Shown: positions 55,943-63,202 of the stretch, piece by piece | How the letters are laid out: every line of letters begins with the position of its first letter | How positions within the stretch are numbered: the first letter of the stretch is position 1 | IMG/VR virus record: IMGVR_UViG_3300030329_003706 | Span: 1-63,202 of that record | Direction: 5' to 3' (one strand) | DNA length: 63,202 nt | From: a virus | Taxonomy: Duplodnaviria > Caudoviricetes | Notes under the pieces: model-generated | The model's input: only the letters and a program-made list of their open reading frames with translations | The model's database searches: none | What the model was told of the DNA's origin: nothing | Position numbers and translations under genes: made by a program

Positions 55943-58290
55943 TATCTTCTCCCATCTGGTCTTACTTCAAGCCGAGGAACACCTAATCTCCACATCACAC
56001 CTGTAGCACTACTTTCTATTTTGAAAGCAAAGGCTCTGCCTCTTAAACGTATATGAAGTTGGTCAGTGTAGGCTTCTACAGGACTTGTTGCTGTTCGGGT
56101 TACATTACTACTAGAAGTTTCATTAAAATTGATTCCAGGAGCATTGGTAGCTTTTACTGTCATACTTACAACAGGAGTGTTAGCAGTGCTGTCCTTAAAA
56201 GTTACATCAGGTATAACTTTTTGTATAAGAGCAAATTTATCTCCTTGGTCTAAATCTAATTGACTTGATTCTATATTTGCTGTAATTGCTGAAGCAGGGT
56301 TAGTGCTTCCATCATCTTGACCGAATTCATGATAATACAAAGTATTATCTGTACCTGCGGCGATGGGATATTGATTAATACCTCTATCTACCCATGCTGT
56401 TCTTGTAAGAGTGCCGTAATACCATGCTTGTTCTTGGTAATTATACACAACGTATCTATCGTTTGTAGTACTGTCTTTAGAAGGATAAAACCACCATACT
56501 TCAGCATAAGAAGAATTATGTCCTGCTGTAACTTTACCTATTTGGTCACGGTTAAAATCACTAAACACATAATCTAATACGGTACAAGGCAACCGTTGAA
56601 CAGTACCACCAAAAGCATAAAACTCTTTTGATCCCATCCAAAAAACTAAGTCGTTTACAGCCACCACTGCCATAGGACTAGCTACCGTAATGTTTCTTGA
56701 TATTTCAGATAAACCAAAAGTAAAAGGAGGTCCAAGATACTGTAGCCCATGCAAAGACACATCTGTGAATACAAGAATTTGCTGTTTGGTTTGTATAGCA
56801 ATAACTATTTCACTGCCTGTAGAAATGCGTAATTCGCCTGCTGAATTAGTAGCTAGGGTTTGCCATTGGGTTAGGCTTTCTTGATCGCTGAAACGAATGA
56901 TCAGTGGGTCTTGGGTTCCGATAGAAGACTCACCGTCACAGCCAAAAGCGATAACATGCCGTGATTGGTCACTTACCATAATTTGTTTAGCTAATGTGGG
57001 AGCAAAGCTACTGCCAGAAATATCTTTTAATTCTATAGCTCGTGTAGAAGTGCCTGTGGTACGATCCCAGTAAAAAATGCCACCATTTTTTATATTCATT
57101 AATAAATCTTCACCAAAGTTATCATGTGTCCAATTAGAAAGGTTTGCTCCAGGAACAGTGCTTGTCGCAGGCATTCCCCACCCCTGACTCGCTTCTATTA
57201 CAGCTATATTATCAGCATGTGTCGCCGCAGTTGTTCCAAAAGACCCTCTGTTTAACCCTGTAAAAGTGGTAGAAGTAGTGCCTGTATATTCTATAATTTC
57301 ATCTTGAATTTTTATATAACCTGAACTTGCAAAATTAGCGGCTGAATCTACTGTTGCCGTAGTTACTGTCACATCTGAAGCTAATCCACTGCCGTTAATA
57401 AGCGTTACATAATCATCAGAGGCTTGTGCTGTTGCATTTCCAACGGCAAGTGTAACCGTTGTTCCGTTTAAATGTGTCGCCGCTGTTGACCCACCGTATC
57501 CTCGTGTTACGGTTAAAGTATTAGTAGAAATAGTCCCCACTAACATTAATTCATCTTCAACTTGTATTATATCACCAGAACTCGCCGCTATTCCTGTGGC
57601 ACTTGTTACATCAACCTCTGTTTCCGAAGCATCTAACTCTTCGTTGAGAGTCGTGGTTAATGCGTCAGTATCCACTCCACTCCATGTACCTGCCCCGAAC
57701 CCTGTGCCAAAGAAATTGCTGTCTAACCCTGTGTTTATTTGGTAGTTAGCTACAACAGACCCACCACCATTATTTGTATCAGAACTATTCGCCGCTGATG
57801 CTAACGTAATAGTATAAGTGTTGTTATTGACAATAGAAGCTATTTGATGTTCTGCATTTAACACGGTTGCTGTTACAGTTCCTCCTAAAGAAGCGGCTCC
57901 TGAAAAGGTTACATAATCATTAGCTACAGCTCCGTGAGCGGAATCAGTTACAGTTAAAGTGGTGCTTGTATTAGACGCTGAAAAGACCACCGCATTTGTT
58001 GTTGTTTTACGAACAGGGGTAATGTCATTGTATGTACCCCCATCAGCTATGTAATATTTTAAATTAGTTCCAAGCCCTAAATATTTAGTACCATCTAACG
58101 CTACCCAACTAAACAAGGCTCTACATGTTCCTAAAAAAGTATTTTCACTATACTTTGACCACCCACCTATTTTTTCAGGTAATCCTAGTCGGAATCGTAT
58201 TTTATTACCATCAAACCACCCACCTTCATTAGAGTACGAAGTTCCTTCACGATTGATTCCAGGTTTGAATTTTAAAGGTGTAAAAGGCAT
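55942..58290 (-). CDS. Tail tubular B / head-stabilising (nozzle) protein
   Basis: LKFKPGINRE.T.Y..EG.W.D..KIRFR.G.PEKIGGW; IRFSDQE; terminal WRLG.PR...RPDGRR. Confidence 0.75.
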   Translation of the reverse strand: MPFTPLKFKPGINREGTSYSNEGGWFDGNKIRFRLGLPEKIGGWSKYSENTFLGTCRALFSWVALDGTKYLGLGTNLKYYIADGGTYNDITPVRKTTTNAVVFSASNTSTTLTVTDSAHGAVANDYVTFSGAASLGGTVTATVLNAEHQIASIVNNNTYTITLASAANSSDTNNGGGSVVANYQINTGLDSNFFGTGFGAGTWSGVDTDALTTTLNEELDASETEVDVTSATGIAASSGDIIQVEDELMLVGTISTNTLTVTRGYGGSTAATHLNGTTVTLAVGNATAQASDDYVTLINGSGLASDVTVTTATVDSAANFASSGYIKIQDEIIEYTGTTSTTFTGLNRGSFGTTAATHADNIAVIEASQGWGMPATSTVPGANLSNWTHDNFGEDLLMNIKNGGIFYWDRTTGTSTRAIELKDISGSSFAPTLAKQIMVSDQSRHVIAFGCDGESSIGTQDPLIIRFSDQESLTQWQTLATNSAGELRISTGSEIVIAIQTKQQILVFTDVSLHGLQYLGPPFTFGLSEISRNITVASPMAVVAVNDLVFWMGSKEFYAFGGTVQRLPCTVLDYVFSDFNRDQIGKVTAGHNSSYAEVWWFYPSKDSTTNDRYVVYNYQEQAWYYGTLTRTAWVDRGINQYPIAAGTDNTLYYHEFGQDDGSTNPASAITANIESSQLDLDQGDKFALIQKVIPDVTFKDSTANTPVVSMTVKATNAPGINFNETSSSNVTRTATSPVEAYTDQLHIRLRGRAFAFKIESSATGVMWRLGVPRLEVRPDGRR

Positions 58291-58292
58291 TA

Positions 58293-59690
58293 TTATCCTG
58301 GTCTTAGTTCAACGGCTAAATAAGTAAAGTTTCCTGAGTCTACTGATACAGATGCTCCGTTGGGTAGTATAGTGGCTACATCATCATATGTACCGCTATC
58401 ACCATCGCTCATGTCTAAAGTTTTTCCTGTACCGTTAATGGTAACAGTGAAACTACGATTTCCTGAGCTAGTGGAACGCCCAGAGATAAATACAGGGTAT
58501 CCTGTACTGTTCGTGTAAGAGCTATCAGTTCCTGTGCTATGAAGAGTAGCACTGTTTGTAATCCAACTATTTTTCATTGCTACCGTAGAAGCACTTGTTT
58601 CTTCTAGACCATTGCCTACTGCACTGTGTTTATCGTCACCCACAGAATCCACATATGCTTTAATAGATTGTTGCGTTGCTAATTTAGTAGCAGAATTAGA
58701 AGACATATTATCTTCATCTTTAATTCCTGTTACGGTGGCTCCATCACCTGCAATAGTTAAACTGGTGCTTGCAGTAATTCCCCCACCATCGGCTATAGTT
58801 ATAGCATTATCACCATCTGTGTAGCCTATGTTTGTTGTTTGCAATTCACCTGCTAAGTTTAAATTACCACTTGTATCTATTGTTACTTTGGTGGCATATG
58901 AACCAGACGTTTTACTTTGCCATGTGATTGTGCCACCATCTGCAAAGTTAATTTTCCAATTATCAGCATTATCATCTCCTTGATCAGCAATCATAGTGAG
59001 AGCCAAAGGCTGACCTTCTACATTAGCTTTAATTTCTAAGCTATTTTCACCATCTTCATCATAACCAACCACTACATCTTGGTCGTTGCCAAACTTTATG
59101 TACTTATCATCGGCTATGTAAACATCACCAAATTCTGCCGAACTAGAACCAATATCTGCTCCACCAGAAGCATCAGGTAAAATAGAAGTATTGGCTGTGA
59201 TGGTAGTACCTACAATAGTAGAAGGGGAACTAGAACCAATAGCTACTCCATCAACAGCCACAGATGAAAACAATGCTGATAAATCTGTTACAGCACCATT
59301 AGTATCACCTTCTCCATCTGCAAATATAATAGCTCCTTTTCCATTAGCTATTGTTACAGTTGACCCTGAACTTCCTTGCTTAAAAATAACCGATTGACCA
59401 CTAGCGTTTTTTACAAAATACAGCTTTTCTGCGTTGGAAGGGTCTATTGTTATTGTATTTGTACCAGAAGGTGATCCTCCTAAAACTAAAACCTTAAACA
59501 TTCCGTTTGATAAACTACCATCACTTGTAGTCAATGTGTGTGTAGTGCCTGATAAGGTTATCGCACCGACACCATTTATTAGTCTATCTATTATATCGAA
59601 ATTATTATTTGTAGTAGTACCCCAAGTTCCTGCCTGTTCACCAAGACCTATCTTTTCTATACCACCACTATCTGTATATTCTGATCCCAT
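58293..59690 (-). CDS. Tail fibre protein
   Basis: GEQAGTWGTTTN.N anchor motif; ATQQSIKAYVD. Confidence 0.75.
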   Translation of the reverse strand: MGSEYTDSGGIEKIGLGEQAGTWGTTTNNNFDIIDRLINGVGAITLSGTTHTLTTSDGSLSNGMFKVLVLGGSPSGTNTITIDPSNAEKLYFVKNASGQSVIFKQGSSGSTVTIANGKGAIIFADGEGDTNGAVTDLSALFSSVAVDGVAIGSSSPSTIVGTTITANTSILPDASGGADIGSSSAEFGDVYIADDKYIKFGNDQDVVVGYDEDGENSLEIKANVEGQPLALTMIADQGDDNADNWKINFADGGTITWQSKTSGSYATKVTIDTSGNLNLAGELQTTNIGYTDGDNAITIADGGGITASTSLTIAGDGATVTGIKDEDNMSSNSATKLATQQSIKAYVDSVGDDKHSAVGNGLEETSASTVAMKNSWITNSATLHSTGTDSSYTNSTGYPVFISGRSTSSGNRSFTVTINGTGKTLDMSDGDSGTYDDVATILPNGASVSVDSGNFTYLAVELRPG

Positions 59691-59699
59691 AATTTACCT

Positions 59700-60059
59700 C
59701 TATGCTACTTCTGTCCAAGTTTGCGTGGATCCTGGGTCTACTGTTGTCCATGATGGACTGCTAGAAGGACTCACGGTTGTGTACTCTGTTCCTGGAGCAG
59801 GAACTTCCATGCCCCATACTATAACACTTGTTGTAGAAAGTGTACCAAAAATTCCTGTTACCGAAACATTTGCTTTTCCTATAATGGTTACATCATCACC
59901 CTGAGAAACAGTAATACTAAACCCTGTTACAGACTGATTTACTTCTGTACTTACTCCTTCTTGCCCAAGAGTAGCTGTTCCACTAACTCCTGAAGCATGA
60001 GCAAAAATATTAGGAAGTTGAGCAAAGGCTAACTCCGATATGGAGCTAAAGCCAAGCAT
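59700..60059 (-). CDS. Tail-associated protein
   Basis: MLGFSSISE N-terminus; Thr/Ser-rich. Confidence 0.55.
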   Translation of the reverse strand: MLGFSSISELAFAQLPNIFAHASGVSGTATLGQEGVSTEVNQSVTGFSITVSQGDDVTIIGKANVSVTGIFGTLSTTSVIVWGMEVPAPGTEYTTVSPSSSPSWTTVDPGSTQTWTEVA

Positions 60060-60232
60060 CAGTCAGCGTCCTTTATGGTTAGTGTACCTTCCTTTACTTG
60101 TGCGAGTATTTCTTGGTAATCTGTGTTGTCATTTGCAAGTGGGACGTAATATGCTTTACTTCCATCCATGACTTTAACAGCATTTATATTTCCATCTATA
60201 TCTTTAGTGTATTGAGCATTATCTATATTCAT
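60059..60232 (-). CDS. 57-aa tail-fibre accessory protein, not in the ORF track
   Basis: Hand translation MNIDNAQY...VPLANDNTDYQEILAQVKEGTLTIKDAD; TGATG overlap with the next gene. Confidence 0.7.
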   Translation of the reverse strand: MNIDNAQYTKDIDGNINAVKVMDGSKAYYVPLANDNTDYQEILAQVKEGTLTIKDAD

Positions 60233-60233
60233 A

Positions 60234-61340
60234 CTATAACTCCGAAATAAACTCTAAATAAGCATCATCATCATTGTTAGCTCTCCATAGACCAATTTTT
60301 CCTGCTTCATTATTATCTGGTGTCGTGCCATAAAAATTCACAGATGAACCACTTGTAGCTGTATTTATCTGAAGACTTGATATAGCTCTATCTGCCCCTT
60401 CTATATTTGCAGCAAAACTACCTCCTGAAGAAAAAGTTGGTGTCCCTCTCATCATAGGACTTAAATAATAATGACCAAAAGCATATGTATCACCGTGCAT
60501 GACAGCATCAGTGGCTACATCATGGGTAGAATTAGCTAACCATTTAAAATAATACCTTTTACATTTTTCAAACGTAACTGCAAAAGGCTCATGCTCAAAC
60601 TCTGTTGGGTTCTGCCCTATTTCTAACTGAACGCCTGTAAGATAAAAATCATTAGAAGCACTTGATGTTATATTTGCTACTTGTCCGTTAAACATTTTCG
60701 CATTGGCAAAAGCACTCCAAGAACTACTCGCTGTTCCTGTCCTGTCTGACCCTGTTCCCAAAGCAAAATTTATATAAAATCCTGCACCATTATCATCATC
60801 AATAACTCCTGTTGTATCTCCCTCAAATGTAATAGTTTTCTTTTCCCATGTATCAGCACTTGATATAGAATAAGTTGAATTTATTATTCTATCGTCATCT
60901 GGCTGATATATTGAGACAGCAAATGTACTAGTAAGGTTAGACCTTACCCAAAAAGATAATGTAATTGTTTTAGCATCTGATGTTCCGTAATTAAGTAACT
61001 GAAGATTTTGAGCTTCTATACCATGCAATATTCTTATATATTCATCTGAAGCTAATGCTGACTCTGCTGTAGTTATATCTACTTTCATGGAGTTAGCAAA
61101 ACCTTGACCAGATGGAACGCTTGAGTCTTGCGTAACTGTTAAATGAAGTTCGTCCATACCACTCGTGTCTAGTTTAAATCTATCTAATACATAGCCAGAT
61201 GTCGTACCATCATGGTCGATAGTGTCACTTCCTCTTTGATAGACGTTCATTGCACCATTGATGATGACATTCCTGTTTACTCCACCACCACCCATGTTGA
61301 TGTTGCCTATAAGGTTTGCTAAATCTGCCGCTTTGCTCAT
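60234..61340 (-). CDS. Tail fibre with carbohydrate-binding-like domain
   Basis: NRNVIINGAM.VYQRG, TLSFWVRS, TGVQLEIG..PTEFEH and CKRYY motifs. Confidence 0.75.
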   Translation of the reverse strand: MSKAADLANLIGNINMGGGGVNRNVIINGAMNVYQRGSDTIDHDGTTSGYVLDRFKLDTSGMDELHLTVTQDSSVPSGQGFANSMKVDITTAESALASDEYIRILHGIEAQNLQLLNYGTSDAKTITLSFWVRSNLTSTFAVSIYQPDDDRIINSTYSISSADTWEKKTITFEGDTTGVIDDDNGAGFYINFALGTGSDRTGTASSSWSAFANAKMFNGQVANITSSASNDFYLTGVQLEIGQNPTEFEHEPFAVTFEKCKRYYFKWLANSTHDVATDAVMHGDTYAFGHYYLSPMMRGTPTFSSGGSFAANIEGADRAISSLQINTATSGSSVNFYGTTPDNNEAGKIGLWRANNDDDAYLEFISEL

Positions 61341-61344
61341 GGTG

Positions 61345-61890
61345 TTATCCTATATGCGTTATACTAAAGCGAAAATAATCTATGCCTGTGTTTGGATAGG
61401 TGTAAGTTGTTTCTCTAAACATTATGCAAACATCATTTCCTGCTGTTAATAATTTCATCATTGAAATGGTACTGTTGTGTCCTGTTGTGTCTGTATCTTG
61501 ATCCCAGTTATGTGTTAATCCAATTATTCCGTGATCACTAGATGTTCCAGTCACCCAACTCATTCCAATAGTATTAGTTGCCGCTTTGAAACCATATCCT
61601 GCTGTAAGATAGTATATTCCAGTAATAGGCACACGAAAAAATCCAGTTGAGTTATCGTAATGACTACCTTGATTTTCTGTAACTTCATCTGCGTTATAAT
61701 GAATACCCCATGATTCATCCATAGTTTGACCATTAATAGTAGGTGTAGCTGTAGTAACTGAGCCAAAACCTCTACAAAACACATGAGGTCTATTAGTTGA
61801 CGTAGTTATTCTGCCTGTTGAATCAATAGTCATAGCCGTATTAGAGTTTGTTGCGTCTTGTATGGTATTTACTTTAAGTATTGATGCCAT
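61345..61890 (-). CDS. Tail adhesin with C1q-like domain
   Basis: YDNSTGFFRVPITGIY; paralogue of 3168..3722. Confidence 0.7.
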   Translation of the reverse strand: MASILKVNTIQDATNSNTAMTIDSTGRITTSTNRPHVFCRGFGSVTTATPTINGQTMDESWGIHYNADEVTENQGSHYDNSTGFFRVPITGIYYLTAGYGFKAATNTIGMSWVTGTSSDHGIIGLTHNWDQDTDTTGHNSTISMMKLLTAGNDVCIMFRETTYTYPNTGIDYFRFSITHIG

Positions 61891-61898
61891 TGTTTATC

Positions 61899-62117
61899 CT
61901 ATGACGGTTTAGTAGGAAAGTCAGACTCGTCCAACTTAGGACTATTAGACAAAAACTTAGGTGTTGCTGTCTTTGTTAAGTCTCTAAGTGCCTGTCTATA
62001 TGTTGCCCATTCTTTTTTCTTTTCCTCTGACAAAGGACTATCTGGTGATTGTGTCCAATCGCTGTCTACTAACTTTTTATTTCTTACTGCTCTAAAAATT
62101 CTTAATTCTACATTCAT
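61899..62117 (-). CDS. Tail fibre assembly chaperone-like protein
   Basis: RNKKLVDSDWTQ.PDSPL...W.TYRQALRD. Confidence 0.8.
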   Translation of the reverse strand: MNVELRIFRAVRNKKLVDSDWTQSPDSPLSEEKKKEWATYRQALRDLTKTATPKFLSNSPKLDESDFPTKPS

Positions 62118-62121
62118 ACTA

Positions 62122-62637
62122 TTATCCTATTAAATGACCACCAAAATGTGTATAAGTTCCATAATAATCAGAACCTGTTGATGCTCTTATATCAACATAG
62201 TCAGAGGCAGTTAAATCAAGAATAACTGTTCCAGAAATTGTTTCATCTTGAGCACCATTTGTTTGACCCCCTTGAAAGTCATAATTACCAGAAGAGGCTG
62301 TTGTTATAGCCGAACCATTTTTGTATAAACGAAAAGCATTAACAGAGTCGCTGTTAAAAGTGTAACAAAGAAAAGTAAATATGTATTTTCCTGCTATTGG
62401 TGCAACAAAACGATTATTGCTTGTATCAAAATCACCTCCAATATCAAAACAATTACCACTACTTACATCATTAAAAGGCACAACATCACCAGTGGACAGA
62501 GTTGCCCATGAACCAGTGCTATTACACGCTTGAAAAGAAGGCTTTGTTGGTTGGCTTACTCGCCCTTCTGCATCTATCGTCATGGCACTTGTGCCACCAG
62601 AATGTTTTATTGAATCTACATGAAGTTCACTTGCCAT
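62122..62637 (-). CDS. Tail adhesin with C1q-like domain
   Basis: FDTSNNRFVAPIAGKYIF, LYKNG and L.ASDYV motifs. Confidence 0.75.
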   Translation of the reverse strand: MASELHVDSIKHSGGTSAMTIDAEGRVSQPTKPSFQACNSTGSWATLSTGDVVPFNDVSSGNCFDIGGDFDTSNNRFVAPIAGKYIFTFLCYTFNSDSVNAFRLYKNGSAITTASSGNYDFQGGQTNGAQDETISGTVILDLTASDYVDIRASTGSDYYGTYTHFGGHLIG

Positions 62638-63202
62638 TACTGTGCTATCTCCTGTACTGTTACAGACCCTTCAATTCCTGAATTTGAAAAGGTATTGTTA
62701 CCACCAAAAACCACTATAGAGTCAAAATCACAAGAAGCATATAAAGCAAAATTTACTGTTGTTCCTGCCCCTACTGTTGAAGAGGGTGTAAATAATTTAT
62801 GGTAAGCCGTAACTCTATCCATATTAAAGTATCGTTCATCATAAAGTCCTGATGAATAATAAGCATCAGCCGCTGTAAAAATCAAATTACTTGAATTTGT
62901 ACCAGTAATTGTTTCTCTATCAAAACTAACTCCTGCAACTGGGTCATAGTCTGAGGAACTACTTGAGACAGCTCCTGTTTTAAAGCCAAGACCAAGCCCT
63001 CTATCCCTATCCAAGTTACCTGTGCTATCTCCTTTTCTTATAGATGCAATAACAGACACATAAAATTTACTCCCTGCTCCCTTTGTAACAAAGGAACATT
63101 CAAGACATTTAGCATTGGTATTATTTATAGATACTTTATCCGTTGCTGTGGCTTGAGCAATTTGAATTATATGATTCGGTATCATAATGGTTGTTGAGGT
63201 TG
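62637..63202 (-). CDS. Small tail fibre/adhesin protein, 5' end probably beyond the window edge
   Basis: Reading frame is open to the window end; terminal QEIAQ shared with 2161..2673. Confidence 0.65.
   Translation of the reverse strand, partial: TSTTIMIPNHIIQIAQATATDKVSINNTNAKCLECSFVTKGAGSKFYVSVIASIRKGDSTGNLDRDRGLGLGFKTGAVSSSSSDYDPVAGVSFDRETITGTNSSNLIFTAADAYYSSGLYDERYFNMDRVTAYHKLFTPSSTVGAGTTVNFALYASCDFDSIVVFGGNNTFSNSGIEGSVTVQEIAQ

Noticed and set aside
3168-62637. Diversity-generating retroelement acting on the adhesin paralogues
   Set aside because: No reverse transcriptase, and no near-identical template/variable repeat pair differing at adenines was seen.
1050-62805. Numerous + strand ORFs in the track (e.g. 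1050..1379, 16801..17307, 48165..48929, 59434..59904)
   Set aside because: They are antisense shadows of well-supported - strand genes, with no RBS or motifs. Only 45300..46739 is credible on +.

Overview
The window is an essentially complete ~63 kb AT-rich tailed dsDNA phage genome with podovirus-like architecture, probably marine. It appears circularly permuted inside the tail-fibre cluster. Nearly all genes lie on the - strand: tail/adhesin and head genes (1-16.5 kb, 47.8-63.2 kb), portal and TerL (16.6-20.4 kb), small early genes and TerS (20.6-31.8 kb), and a replication and DNA-modification block (31.8-44.9 kb). One SNF2 helicase is on the + strand. Main candidate novel system: a thymidine-hypermodification operon (dUMP hydroxymethylase-like TS, 5-hmdU DNA kinase-like protein, GT-B glycosyltransferase, FkbM methyltransferase, Nmad1-like protein, HD nucleotidase). 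It co-occurs with a gene (20651-21088) whose template strand has no TC dinucleotide for 515 bp, so the protein has no Asp or Glu. A normally coded paralogue lies 0.8 kb away and TC/GA-dense spacers flank it. Also present: a family of nine TTATCA-N17-TAnnnT promoters, a hairpin sRNA cassette with anti-Shine-Dalgarno loops, and a duplicated three-part cis element. Family assignments come from motif recognition, not database searches, and all counts were done by hand.
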